Below, one piece after another: positions 12,888 through 26,889 of a DNA stretch of 64,000 nucleotides. The stretch spans positions 1-64,000 of the forward strand of contig NIVC01001378.1 of assembly GCA_002269645.1 (NCBI GenBank), given 5' to 3'. This DNA is from Macrostomum lignano (taxonomy: Eukaryota). Position 1 is the first letter of the stretch. Each line of letters opens with the position of its first letter. The position numbers and the translations under genes are program-made. Under the pieces are notes generated by a model that had not been told where the DNA came from, ran no database searches, and saw only the letters and a list, made by a program, of their open reading frames with translations.

Positions 12888-15800
12888 TTATGAATGGACA
12901 AGTTTGTATCATACATGCGCAACCTTGGGAATCACCTGGCTGTTTCTATTGGCAACACACACATGTAAGTCGCTATTGGCTGAGAGCAGTCACGTGACTA
13001 CTATTCCATCCAAAAGCAACTTACGTCTTACGTGTGTGTTGCCAATAGAAACGGCCGAGTGAATCCCTAGGTTGCGCCCAAGCATGGTTTGTATGCTGAC
13101 ATTTTTGTGCTTTACTAATTGACATTACATGTATTTGTAGAATTGGCCATATTACTAGTGTGTCTTCATATGCCTGTAGTTCATTTACCTTACTATTAGC
13201 ATATTATTTTTCACTTGTAATACACCTATAGCATTTATCTTACTATCGACATGTTCTTCCTTTTCTTTGTAATACACCTGTGAAAAATTTGCCTTGATTT
13301 TATGCACGAATTTTCCACTTTCATACATCTGAAAATGTATCTGTTGTAAGTACATTTAGTACCTGGATAAGTGCTTTTCTAGTTTTTTCTTATTAATAAA
13401 TATCCTTTCTAGTTATACTTGTTTGATATATACATTATAATACTTAACAATTTTATTTACTCTAAAAAAATTTTCTATTATTTCTATATTTTTTTCTTTT
13501 TTCATAAATTTCCTTAAGGGAAGGCAGCTAAGATAGTGTACTTTTTGTAGAGTCTTCTGAGAGTCTTCTGAGAGTGGTCTTTCAGTGTATTCTTGCTACA
13601 ATTACAAATTCTTTCTTAAAAAATATAGTAATCAAATTTTTGCTCAAAAGTTTAAATTGTTGTAAAACCAAAAATTATTATAAAAATTGTTTTAAATATA
13701 TTGTTCAAGCAGTATAAATAAGAGCCCAGAGTGGGCCAAGAAGAGCAACTTGTCTACCCCTATTTTGCTCCCTTCTTGCGAGCTAACAAGCTAACATTTA
13801 TATATTAAATTGTAGTGCTTAAGAGACTTATTCTTTTCCTTAGAAGTAAGAGCCTAATTCAAGAGTATTGAGTTTGCTAAAAATGAGAAAATCGCCTAAG
13901 GGCAATAACCACTTTAATAATCACCTCAGGCAGGAGAAATTGCATAAAACCTATGACCTCCTGATCCTGCATCCCAGGAACACCTAGGACTAAGAGAAAA
14001 CCTCTATAAGAATAAATAGTGAGAATAAAATAGACAGTGTCATTAGACAACTTAGGCCAGAAGTATAGTGCATATACATGCGCTACCAGTAGATAATTAT
14101 ATGCTACCAGTACAGAGGTAGATAGAGAAGTAGATATGTTACCAATAGATATAAGTACAAACATTAAGTACATTAATAACGACCAGTAGGAGAGCATAGC
14201 AAATTAGCCCTGTAACAACTTTGATGACAGCTGTGGAATCATTTATAAAAATAGAAGAAAACCCCTGTTATAACTTTGGTGGCTTAATAGCAAGATATTT
14301 TATAATAAGAGGAATCACTCCTATTACAACTGTGGTGGCAACAGTGGGATTATAGAAGGCATCGTTATATAACAATAAATAACCTTTTTTGAATTGCGTA
14401 CTAGACCCTTTTTGGCAAATAATATGATTAATTTGATTTTTATGCTTTTTGGCAATACTATTTATAGAAGAATATCAATACATGTAAAGATTTATTTGAC
14501 TGCTTTATTACAAGCTTTTAAAAGACCCAAAAGCTTAAAATTTATGCAAAAATTAACTTTTTCAGCTTTTTTCTATTTTAAAATAACTTTTCCATTGATT
14601 CTATAAAGTGCATAAGTGTGTATGCAAACTATTTTCTTAGGAGTAATGCATGCCAACCAAGACTCAAGAAAGTTACATATATGCCAGAAAATTCCAATGT
14701 ACAAATGACCCCTTTTAAAGTTGGCATATAAATTCATGTAAACTTTTGGGCATGCTTTGGCACACAAATTGATGCCAATGGACCTTGGATGCCAACTGTG
14801 TATACCAACTTTTGCCATGCATACAAGGCCAATGCACACCCAAGTTTTGGGTTGTATACTACATGATCCAAAGTGTGATGTCTAGGTCTAATTTGATAAA
14901 AAACTTTGTAGGTCTATATCAAATAATTTTCATACAATATGCCATGCAATAGTCTAACACTAATAATAGGCCTAGGCCTACCTTAGTACTACTGCAAGTG
15001 TAAGTAGTTGGAACACTTTAAGGAGGCCTAGTTGAATATTATGAAATATACTAGATTATTACTATTGAGTTAAAATAGTAATTTTCAAATTATTAGGTCC
15101 AATTTTATAAATTAATATAGTTCCTAGGCCTTGGTAAAATGACCAACCATTTGCCATAAAAATAAAGTAACAATTAATATTTAACAGCATTGCCACTATA
15201 TTCATTCATTCATTCAAAGAAAATTTATTGATTTATTTAATTAATTCATATATCAAAACTATTTTTTGCATTCAGATAAGAGATAACAGTGCTAAAATAG
15301 AGTCATAGACTAGGACTACTGACTACAAGCAGTAAAAACTGAGACTGTTGCTACTTTTACAAACTGGAGTTACCAGGTAACTGTTAGTGTTACTCTACTT
15401 ATTCTTAAATCTGAGGGCTTGAACTGTTGACCAGCTTGGCTTGTACTAGGGGAGGGGGGGGGGCGGGCTAATCATAAAATCATTTCATGTATAAAGTCAT
15501 AAAAACGACTGATTTAAAACAAATTATCCTAAAAATAAATAACTAACTAACACTACTTTCATATATTTATTATCTTAAAGTGTTAACATAGATTAGGACT
15601 AAGTACTTCGACAGTGACTGCATAACTGGCAGGCAACGAAAGACTAGTATTGTCTAGTAAACGCAAACGGCAAACTTTCAATTCTCATAAGTAGTGCGCG
15701 TTTCGTAGAATTTCTTTATGCTTAAATTTCTGCTACTCGATTATCATTAATAGGCTTAATGTTATTTAATTTTAATCTACTATAAAGAAAAATAAAATTA

Positions 15801-16322
15801 TTGATTTAGTACATATACTTTTTTATTTTTCGAAGATTTCAAAAACTATACAAATTGTTAGTATGTGTTTTTCTGAGAAAGTGTTGTTCATTTTTGCGAG
15901 TTTTTAAGTTACTTATTAGGTTAAGTTTTTTGACAGGCTGGCTCACTGGTTCAGGTTAAGCCTGCACTGCGTGTGTATTGTGTATACCGCTTTCAAATGC
16001 CTATGTTTTATTTCTTTCCGATTCACTTTATAAATTATCGTAAGGTTTAAAAAATTGCGTGATGAATTACAGAATGTAAACTTATTTTCGCCTTAATAAT
16101 CTCCCATATTTCGTAATTCCGATTTTAACAGAAATTGAAAATGTTAGTTTCACCTGATTTTCTATTGCAAAACTACAAAACAAACAGTAAGAAATTTTTT
16201 AAACTGAAAATTTCATTTTTTCTTAAGTTAAGCCTGTAGACAGTCCTGTTTTATATCATATATGAAATCTTGCAATGCTAATCTATTTTTCTGCTTCTGG
16301 CTTCATTTTACACCTATTTTAG

Positions 16323-19300
16323 ATCGAAAAACATCGTTTGACATAATTGCCATCTGCGCGTCTGATTCTGACCAAGCTTTGGGTTATAAAATACTAGGCG
16401 AGCAAAAGTTTAAAGACAAGTTAAGAATCTACTCGGATCCACCAGGTCCAAAAATTGGTGAGTGAAATTAAAACTCATCTTCGGATCACTAAACATATAG
16501 TTGTGCCTAAACTGCTTTCCTAACTTACAGGCAATGGCGGCGCTCTGCTGCACTGTCTCAACCAGCTTCGACTGGAATTTGGCATCAAAAAATTATCTAA
16601 ACTGCGAATACTATTTATCCCAGCTGGTGGCATGAGCCAACGGTCGCCATGGCTTTCCGCCCTAGGAAAATTATTCGCTGTGATGCCAACAGTCAGCGCG
16701 GGCTGCTTGGATATGCTTGACATTGTCACTGCTCTGTCGGAACCGTTTGCGCAGTTCGCTGCCAATGCTGGCGTTGGATGCTGTTTCTTAGGTATGTTGC
16801 AGTTTTTGGAACAGAACAACCCAAGCGTGCACAACAACCGATCAGGTGTCTGTACAATAAGCTTCAAGATATTGGTACAACAACCGATCAGGTCTCTGTA
16901 CAATAAGCTTCAAGATATTGGTACAACAACCGATCAGGTCTCTTTACAATAAGCTTCAAGATATTGGCACAACAACCGATCAGGTCTCTGTACAATAAGC
17001 TTCAAGATATTGGTACAACAACCGATCAGGTCTCTGTACAATAAGCTTCAAGATATTGGTACAACAACCGATCAGGTCTCTTTACAATAAGCTTCAAGAT
17101 ATTGGTACAACAACCGATCAGGTCTCTGTACAATAAGCTTCAAGATATTGGTACAACAACCGATCAGGTCTCTGTACAATAAGCTTCAAGATATTGGTAC
17201 AACAACCGATCAGGTCTCTGTACAATAAGCTTCAAGATATTAGTACAACAACCGATCAGGTCTCTGTACAATAAGCTTCAAGATATTGGCACAACAACCG
17301 ATCAGGTGTCTGTAAAATAAGCTTCAAGATATTGGTACAACAACCGATAAAGTGTCTACAATAAGCTTCAAGATATTGGTACAATAACCGATCAGGTGTC
17401 TGTACAATAAGCTTCAAGATATTGGTACAATGACCGATCAGGTGTCTGTACAATAAGCTTCAAGATATTGGCACAACAACCGATCAGGTGTCTGTAAAAT
17501 AAGCTTCAAGATATTGGTACAACAACCGATAAAGTGTCTACAATAAGCTTCAAGATATTGGTACAATAACCGATCAGGTGTCTGTACAATAAGCTTCAAG
17601 ATATTGGTACAATGACCGATCAGGTGTCTGTACAATAAGCTTCAAGATCTGTCAAATCTCTAACCAGTGCTTAGCTCTTTCTTAAACGCCCACCCTGTCC
17701 CGCACAGCCTGCTCAGACGCTCTGCTACCCTACGAGTTCGATTCCATCAGTCTAATATCCAATTCGACTTGTTCTCGCCGCCTCGCCGAGTCCGACATAG
17801 TCGCTTTAGCCCATCCCACTGTGGATTTGAGCTTAGCAACCGGACACGGAGTTTACTGCGTAGATGTTGACCAGGGGGAGCTAAGCAACCAAGAGGATTA
17901 TCGATGCAGTTCGAATAGCTTCACCGTTCTGGACTGTTCTCGGGTGCTTCAAAAACCGACTATTGCGGAGATGCGATCAGCTAGCGGGCTTATCGACTCC
18001 ACAGATGGTAGCATTTTGATTGATTCAAATTTTTGGTTGAACGGTCACTTCATCGAAGCCTTATTGGCCTGGCGAGACGCCAACGAATTCTCCATGGCTG
18101 GGGTGGAGCTGGATGCTTACGGAGACCTGCTGCGGGGACTGGGCAGGTGAGAGAGGCCTTTTTATTAGACCCAGAGGCCCTAACTTTATTTATCGTTGGG
18201 CATGTACACTTCACTGTGCCTTGGGGCCCTCAGCCTTAAGGTCGTTAATTGCACGAGCAGAGCCAAGCCGAGATTCCAATTAAGCCCCAAATTAATGTGA
18301 CTGCACTTGGAATCAAGCCTGGGCAGCAGGCACATCAGAGTGCTACGCTAGACCACTGGGCTACGGCACCTAGGTGAGAGTGACCTTGCACTATAGAGGG
18401 ACTTGGAGTGTCTGTCGGGTTGGAGGTAGCACACCCACTGAAAGATCAGAGCGATCAGAGCACCCACTGAAGGATCAGAGCACCCACTGAAGGATCAGAG
18501 CACCACCTGAAGGATCAGAGCACCCACTGAAGGATCAGAGCACCCACTGAAGGATCAGAGCACCCACTGAAGGATCAGAGCACCACCTGAAGAATCAGAG
18601 CACCCACTGAAGGATCAGAGCACCCACTGAAGGATCAGAGCACCCACTGAAGAATCAGAGCACCCACTGAAGGATCAGAGCACCCACTGAAGGATCAGAG
18701 CACCACCTGAAGAATCAGAGCACCCACTGAAGGATCAGAGCACCCACTGAAGGATCAGAGCACCCACTGAAGGATCAGAGCACCCACTGAAGAATCAGAG
18801 CACTACCTGAAGGATCAGAGCACCCACTGAAGAATCAGAGCACTACCTGAAGAATCAGAGCACCCACTGAAGGATCAGAGCACCCACTGAAGAATCAGAG
18901 CACTACCTGAAGAATCAGAGCACCCACTGAAGAATCAGAGCACCCACTGAAGAATCAGAGCACCACCTGAAGAATCAGAGCACCCACTGAAGAATCAGAG
19001 CACCCACTGAAGGATCAGAGCACCCACTGAATAATCAGAGCACCCACTGAAGGATCAGAGCACCCACTGAAGGATCAGAGCACCCACTGAAGAATCAGAG
19101 CACTACCTGAAGAATCAGAGCACCCACTGAAGAATCAGAGCACTACCTGAAGGATCAGAGCACCCACTGAAGGATCAGAGCACCCACTGAAGAATCAGAG
19201 CACTACCTGAAGAATCAGAGCACCCACTGAAGAATCAGAGCACCCACTGAAGGATCAGAGCACCCACTGAAGGATCAGAGCACCCACTGAAGAATCAGAG

Positions 19301-22300
19301 CACCCACTGAAGAATCAGAGCACCCAGTGAAGAATCAGAGCACCCACTGAAGGATCAGAGCACCCACTGAAGGATCAGAGCACCCACTGAAGGATCAGAG
19401 CACCCACTGAAGAATCAGAGCACTACCTGAAGAATCAGAGCACCCACTGAAGGATCAGAGCACCCACTGAAGAATCAGAGCACTACCTGAAGAATCAGAG
19501 CACCCACTGAAGAATCAGAGCACCCACTGAAGAATCAGAGCACCACCTGAAGAATCAGAGCACCCACTGAAGAATCAGAGCACCCACTGAAGAATCAGAG
19601 CACTACCTGAAGAATCAGAGCACCCACTGAAGAATCAGAGCACTACCTGAAGGATCAGAGCACCCACTGAAGGATCAGAGCACCCACTGAAGAATCAGAG
19701 CACCCACTGAAGGATCAGAGCACCCACTGAAGAATCAGAGCACCCACTGAAGAATCAGAGCACCCACTGAAGGATCAGAGCACCCACTGAAGGATCAGAG
19801 CACCTACTGAAGGATCAGAGCACCCACTGAAGGATCAGAGCACCTACTGAAGGATCAGAGCACCACCTGAAGGATCAGAGCACCCACTGAAGGATCAGAG
19901 CACCCACTGAAGAATCAGAGCACCACCTAAAGGATCAGAGCACCCACTGAAGAATCAGAGCACCCAGTGAAGAATCAGAGCACCCACTGAAGAATCAGAG
20001 CACCCAGTGAAGAATCAGAGCACCCACTGAAGGATCAGAGCACCCACTGAAGGATCAGAGCACCACCTGAAGGATCAGAGCACCCACTGAAGAATCAGAG
20101 CACCCACTGAAGAATCAGAGCACCCACTAAAGAATCAGAGCACCCACTGAAGGATCAGAGCACCCACTGAAGAATCAGAGCACCCACTGAAGAATCAGAG
20201 CACCCACTGAAGAATCAGAGCACCCAGTGAAGAATCAGAGCACCCACTGAAGGATCAGAGCACCACCTGAAGGATCAGAGCACCCACTGAAGGATCAGAG
20301 CACCCACTGAAGAATCAGAGCACCACCTGAAGGATCAGAGCACCCACTGAAGGATCAGAGCACCCACTGAAGAATCAGAGCACCCACTGAAGAATCAGAG
20401 CTTCCACTGAAGGATCAGAGCACCCACTGAAGAATCAGAGCACCCACTGAAGGATCAGAGCACCACCTGAAGAATCAGAGCACCCACTGAAGGATCAGAG
20501 CACCACCTGAAGAATCAGAGCACCTACTGAAGGATCAGAGCACTACCTGAAGAATCAGAGCACCTACTGAAGGATCAGAGCACTACCTGAAGAATCAGAG
20601 CACCCACTGAAGGATCAGAGCACCCACTGAAGAATCAGAGCACCCACTGAAGAATCAGAGCACCCACTGAAGAATCAGAGCACCCACTGAAGGATCAAAG
20701 CACCCACTGAAGAATCAGAGCACTACCTGAAGAATCAGAGCACCCACTGAAGAATCAGAGCACCCACTGAAGAATCAGAGCACCCACTGAAGAATCAGAG
20801 CACTACCTGAAGAATCAGAGCACCTACTGAAGGATCAGAGCACTACCTGAAGAATCAGAGCACCCACTGAAGAATCAGAGCACCCACTGAAGAATCAGAG
20901 CACCACCTGAAGAATCAGAGCACCCACTGAAGAATCAGAGCACCCACTGAAGGATCAGAGCACCCACTGAAGAATCAGAGCACTACCTGAAGAATCAGAG
21001 CACCCACTGAAGAATCAGAGCACCCACTGAAGAATCAGAGCACCCAGTGAAGAATCAGAGCACCCACTGAAGGATCAGAGCACCACCTGAAGAATCAGAG
21101 CACCCACTGAAGGATCAGAGCACCCACTGAAGAATCAGAGCACCCACTGAAGAATCAGAGCACCCACTGAAGAATCAGAGCACCCAGTGAAGAATCAGAG
21201 CACCCACTGAAGGATCAGAGCACCCACTGAAGGATCAGAGCACCCACTGAAGGATCAGAGCACCCACTGAAGAATCAGAGCACCCACTGAAGAATCAGAG
21301 CACCCACTGAAGAATCAGAGCACCCACTGAAGGATCAGAGCACCACCTGAAGAATCAGAGCACCCACTGAAGGATCAGAGCACCCACTGAAGAATCAGAG
21401 CACCCACTGAAGAATCAGAGCACCCACTGAAGAATCAGAGCACCCAGTGAAGAATCAGAGCACCCACTGAAGGATCAGAGCACCCACTGAAGGATCAGAG
21501 CACCACCTGAAGGATCAGAGCACCCACTGAAGAATCAGAGCACCCACTGAAGAATCAGAGCACCCACTGAAGAATCAGAGCACCCACTGAAGGATCAGAG
21601 CACCCACTGAAGAATCAGAGCACCCACTGAAGAATCAGAGCACCCATTGAAGAATCAGAGCACCCAGTGAAGAATCAGAGCACCCACTGAAGGATCAGAG
21701 CACCACCTGAAGGATCAGAGCACCCACTGAAGGATCAGAGCACCCACTGAAGAATCAGAGCACCACCTGAAGGATCAGAGCACCCACTGAAGGATCAGAG
21801 CACCCACTGAAGAATCAGAGCACCCACTGAAGAATCAGAGCTTCCACTGAAGGATCAGAGCACCCACTGAAGAATCAGAGCACCCACTGAAGGATCAGAG
21901 CACCACCTGAAGAATCAGAGCACCCACTGAAGGATCAGAGCACCACCTGAAGAATCAGAGCACCTACTGAAGGATCAGAGCACTATCTGAAGAATCAGAG
22001 CACCTACTGAAGGATCAGAGCACTACCTGAAGAATCAGAGCACCCACTGAAGGATCAGAGCACCCACTGAAGAATCAGAGCACCCACTGAAGGATCAGAG
22101 CACCCACTGAAGGATCAGAGCACCCACTAAAGAATCAGAGCACTACCTGAAGAATCAGAGCACCCACTGAAGAATCAGAGCACCCACTGAAGAATCAGAG
22201 CACCACCTGAAGAATCAGAGCACCCACTGAAGAATCAGAGCACCCACTGAAGGATCAGAGCACCCACTGAAGAATCAGAGCACTACCTGAAGAATCAGAG

Positions 22301-24596
22301 CACCCACTGAAGAATCAGAGCACCCACTGAAGAATCAGAGCACCCACTGAAGAATCAGAGCACCCAGTGAAGAATCAGAGCACCCACTGAAGGATCAGAG
22401 CACCACCTGAAGAATCAGAGCACCCACTGAAGGATCAGAGCACCCACTGAAGAATCAGAGCACCACCTGAAGGATCAGAGCACCCACTGAAGGATCAGAG
22501 CACCACCTGAAGAATCAGAGCACCCACTGAAGAATCAGAGCACTACCTGAAGAATCAGAGCACCCACTGAAGAATCAGAGCACCCACTGAAGGATCAGAG
22601 CACCACCTGAAGAATCAGAGCACCCACTGAAGGATCAGAGCACCACCTGAAGAATCAGAGCACCTACTGAAGGATCAGAGCACTACCTGAAGAATCAGAG
22701 CACCTACTGAAGGATCAGAGCACTACCTGAAGAATCAGAGCACCCACTGAAGGATCAGAGCACCCACTGAAGAATCAGAGCACCCACTGAAGGATCAGAG
22801 CACCCACTGAAGGATCAGAGCACCCACTGAAGAATCAGAGCACTACCTGAAGAATCAGAGCACCCACTGAAGAATCAGAGCACCCACTGAAGAATCAGAG
22901 CACCACCTGAAGAATCAGAGCACCCACTGAAGAATCAGAGCACCCACTGAAGGATCAGAGCACCCACTGAATAATCAGAGCACCCACTGAAGGATCAGAG
23001 CACCCACTGAAGGATCAGAGCACCCACTGAAGAATCAGAGCACTACCTGAAGAATCAGAGCACCCACTGAAGGATCAGAGCACCCACTGAAGAATCAGAG
23101 CACTACCTGAAGAATCAGAGCACCCACTGAAGGATCAGAGCACCCACTGAAGAATCAGAGCACTACCTGAAGAATCAGAGCACCCACTGAAGAATCAGAG
23201 CACCCACTGAAGAATCAGAGCACCACCTGAAGAATCAGAGCACCCACTGAAGAATCAGAGCACCCACTGAAGAATCAGAGCACCCACTGAAGAATCAGAG
23301 CACCCACTGAAGAATCAGAGCACCCACTGAAGGATCAGAGCTCCCACTGAAGGATCAGAGCACCCACTGAAGGATCAGAGCACCTACTGAAGAATCAGAG
23401 CACCCACTGAAGAATCAGAGCACCACCTGAAGAATCAGAGCACCCACTGAAGGATCAGAGCACCCACTGAAGGATCAGAGCACCCACTGAAGAATCAGAG
23501 CACCCACTGAAGGATCAGAGCACCCACTGAACATGTCCTGCATTGGTTTCTCGCCCACTCTCCCAGGGACGCCCATCTCGATGACTACGTCAACGAGATT
23601 CGAAACCTGACCCGGCCTCCCAGTCCATCGACAGCTGCTCGTCTCGCCCAGCTGCGCACGAGCCTGTTTGAGCTGCTCAAAGGAAGACAACTCAAACTGT
23701 GCCGCATTGAACGATCCGCACTGGTCCACATTGGCAGCACTAAAGAATACTTGAATACCCTGTTTCAGCCTATTGAATTGGCTAGGTGCTTCAGCACCGC
23801 CGCTGCACCTGACAGTGGGTAAGATTTATGATATTGTCTCATTTCTACAGAGATTATTCTGAATACAATATCAGATCTTATCTCCATCTTTATTCTGGGT
23901 GAGATTTAGGGAATAATCAGTCTAATATCTATAAGATTAGGGAATAATTAATCTAATCTCTATAGAGCAAAGCATTTAATTTTCTATTTCAGCCCTATCC
24001 TTGTCACCAACTCTCGCATCAACATAGCCAACGGCTTGGAAATCTCATCCAACGGAACCGGTTCCGCATTGGAATTCTGCGAAATCTCCGCTCGCTCCTG
24101 CCGCATCGGGTCGGGCTGCTTGTTGAGTCATTGCCGATGCCGCGAGCCGGAAGCTGAACTGGTCATCCCGGATGGCTGGGTGCTGCAGACCGTGCCGCTA
24201 CTAGCTGGAGCCGGCCAAGTCACGTGGGCCTGGCACTCGGACGACAATCCAAAGCAGCGAAGCTTAACCGAAGCCAAATTTCTTGGCAGACCGTTGGTGG
24301 AATTCTGTCATCGCCACGGCCTGCCAATGGACGAGGCGGAATGGTCTGGCAGTGGCAGCCTGTGGACTGCTAGACTGTTCCCCTGCGACAGGACTTGGAC
24401 TGCAGCGGTTGGCGGCCATGGACAAGGCGACCAGTCTTTGTTGACAACGCTTAAGTTGTTGAGATGGAGCGGCGAGTCTTGGAGACTGGTTGACTGGCTG
24501 GCTGAAAAGCCCGAAGAGAGAAGACTGATGAGCATGGCTGATATTGTCATGGAGAAGGACACCAAAGCTCTGATAGAGTTCAGGATGACTTTCTGA
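16323..24596 (+). CDS. FPGT: Fucose-1-phosphate guanylyltransferase (GDP-L-fucose pyrophosphorylase). Exons: 16323-16457, 16531-16791, 17708-18146, 23567-23818, 23993-24596. First coding exon not located
   Basis: Spliced protein has FDIIAICASD...YSDPPGPKIG|NGGALL, AGGMSQRSPWLSALGKLF, ACSD, ALAHP...TGHGV, LQKP, ELDAYGDLLRGLG, HIGSTKEYL, SLWTARLFP and MSMADIVMEKD, colinear with FPGT as I recall it. All four junctions are GT-AG and phase-consistent. Confidence 0.92.
16829..17648. repeat. 46-bp minisatellite, ~18 copies, in an FPGT intron
   Basis: Unit ACAATAAGCTTCAAGATATTGGTACAACAACCGATCAGGTCTCTGT. Confidence 0.96.
18178..18367 (-). mobile_element. tRNA-derived SINE, 3'-truncated copy of the family at 26890-27240
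   Basis: Closely similar to 27051-27240. The minus strand begins with a tRNA-like head carrying an A box (TAGCCCAGTGG) and a degenerate B box (GGCTTGATTCC). Confidence 0.8.
18432..23531. repeat. 20-bp satellite (CACCCACTGAAGRATCAGAG)n, ~255 copies, 5.1 kb, in an FPGT intron
   Basis: In exact register from 18461 to the end, with substitution variants only. Confidence 0.99.
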
Positions 24597-24628
24597 ATAC
24601 CAGATGTGCCTTTTACTAACCATTGAAT

Positions 24629-26456
24629 AGTGGATGTTAGAGAGACGCCACAGTGGGTGTTAGAGAAACGCCACATTGAGTGTTAGAGAGGCGCCACAGT
24701 GGGTGTTAGAGAGGTGCCACAGTGGTGTTAGAGAGGCGCCACAGTGGGTGTTAGAGAGGCTCCACAGTTAGTGTTATAGAGAGGCGCCACAGTGGGTGTT
24801 AGAGAGGCTCCACAGTTAGTGTTATAGAGAAGCGCCACAGTGGGTGTTAGAGAGGTGCCACAGTGGGTGTTAGAGAGGCGCCACAGTGGGTGTTAGAGAG
24901 GCGCCACAGTTAGTGTTATAGAGAGGCGCCACAGTGGGTGTTAGAGAGGCTCCACAGTTAGTGTTATAGAGAGGCGCCACAGTGGGTGTTAGAGAGGCTC
25001 CATAGTTAGTGTTATAGAGAGGCGCCACAGTGGGTGTTAGAGAGGCTCCACAGTTAGTGTTATAGAGAGGCGCCACAGTGGGTGTTAGAGAGGCTCCACA
25101 GTTAGTGTTATAGAGAGGCGCCACAGTGGGTGTTAGAGAGGCTCCATAGTTAGTGTTATAGAGAGACGCCACAGTGGGTGTTAGAGAAACGCCACATTGA
25201 GTGTTAGAGAGGCGCCACAGTGGGTGTTAGAGAGGTGCCACAGTGGGTGTTAGAGAGGCGCCACAGTGGGTGTTAGAGAGGCGCCACAGTTAGTGTTATA
25301 GAGAGGCGCCACAGTGGGTGTTAGAGAGGTGCCACAGTGGGTGTTAGAGAGGCGCCACAGTGGGTGTTAGAGAGGCTCCACAGTTAGTGTTATAGCGAGG
25401 CGCCACAGTGGGTGTTAGAGAGGCTCCACAGTTAGTGTTATAGAGAGGCGCCACAGTGGGTGTTAGAGAGGCTCCACAGTTAGTGTTATAGAGAGGCGCC
25501 ACAGTGGGTGTTAGAGAGGCTCCACAGTTAGTGTTATAGCGAGGCGCCACAGTGGGTGTTAGAGAGGCTCCACAGTTAGTGTTATAGAGAGGCGCCACAG
25601 TGGGTGTTAGAGAGGCTCCACAGTTAGTGTTATAGAGAGGCGCCACAGTGGGTGTTAGAGAGGTGCCACAGTGGGTGTTAGAGAGGCGCCACAGTGGGTG
25701 TTAGAGAGGCGCCACAGTTAGTGTTATAGAGAGGCGCCACAGTGGGTGTTAGAGAGGCTCCACAGTTAGTGTTATAGAGAGGCGCCACAGTGGGTGTTAG
25801 AGAGGCTCCATAGTTAGTGTTATAGAGAGGCGCCACAGTGGGTGTTAGAGAGGCTCCACAGTTAGTGTTATAGAGAGGCGCCACAGTGGGTGTTAGAGAG
25901 GTGCCACAGTGGGTGTTAGAGAGGCGCCACAGTGGGTGCTAGAGAGGCGCCACAGTTAGTGTTATAGAGAGGCGCCACAGTGGGTGTTAGAGAGGCTCCA
26001 TAGTTAGTGTTATAGAGAGACGCCACAGTGGGTGTTAGAGAAACGCCACATTGAGTGTTAGAGAGGCGCCACAGTGGGTGTTAGAGAGGTGCCACAGTGG
26101 TGTTAGAGAGGCGCCACAGTGGGTGTTAGAGAGGCTCCACAGTTAGTGTTATAGAGAGGCGCCACAGTGGGTGTTAGAGAGGTGCCACAGTGGGTGTTAG
26201 AGAGGCGCCACAGTGGGTGTTAGAGAGGCGCCACAGTTAGTGTTATAGAGAGGCGCCACAGTGGGTGTTAGAGAGGCTCCATAGTTAGTGTTATAGAGAG
26301 GCGCCACAGTGGGTGTTAGAGAGGCTCCATAGTTAGTGTTATAGAGAGGCGCCACAGTGGGTGTTAGAGAGGCTCCATAGTTAGTGTTATAGAGAGACGC
26401 CTCTATAATATAGAGAGCTGGCGCCATAGTGGATGTTAGACGGACGCCACAGTGAG
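24629..26456. repeat. Composite 23/25-bp minisatellite (48-bp higher-order unit) immediately 3' of FPGT
   Basis: Units TAGAGAGGCGCCACAGTGGGTGT (23 bp) and TAGAGAGGCTCCACAGTTAGTGTTA (25 bp) mostly alternate. Confidence 0.96.
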
Positions 26457-26889
26457 TGGCATGAATACACACGCAACTGTGCTTACATACTCTAGGTGCT
26501 CTTCAGAAATCCAGATTTATTACACTAGTCTGTATTGCCTATGCTATTCGTCAACGTGTTAACTACAATAATTTATTTATAAAATAATTTTTGTTTATAG
26601 CTGTGTGTTGATACCGATTTTTAATCAATTTTTGGTTTCTTTTATAGCAAAAGTTTTACTTGCTTTGAAGTTGGAGAATTCATTCAATATTTAAATGAAA
26701 CACAAAATATTTAATAATTAGCCATTATATCTGCCGTTAATTTGTTTGTGCCACTATCACTATGTAATACATTGTGAGATGATATCGTTAGGTTGATCAT
26801 TTTGATTTGTTTAAGCAAAATATGAGCAAATTTCAAGCGTTTGTTTAGTACTTTTTGTCTCTAATCTGTCAATCCATCTGTTTAGCTAG

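Noticed and set aside
16520-16903. Minus-strand 127-aa ORF
   Set aside because: It is the antisense shadow of FPGT exon 16531-16791 plus the 46-bp repeat.
18432-23531. Long regular array as a CRISPR locus
   Set aside because: The units are contiguous with no unique spacers, there are no cas genes, and the array lies in a spliceosomal intron. The same holds for all other arrays here.
24870-26472. Minus-strand (APLYNTNCGASLTPTV)n ORFs as a repeat-protein gene
   Set aside because: They arise from the 48-bp period, break at every extra 23-mer, and have no unique N- or C-terminus or splice context.
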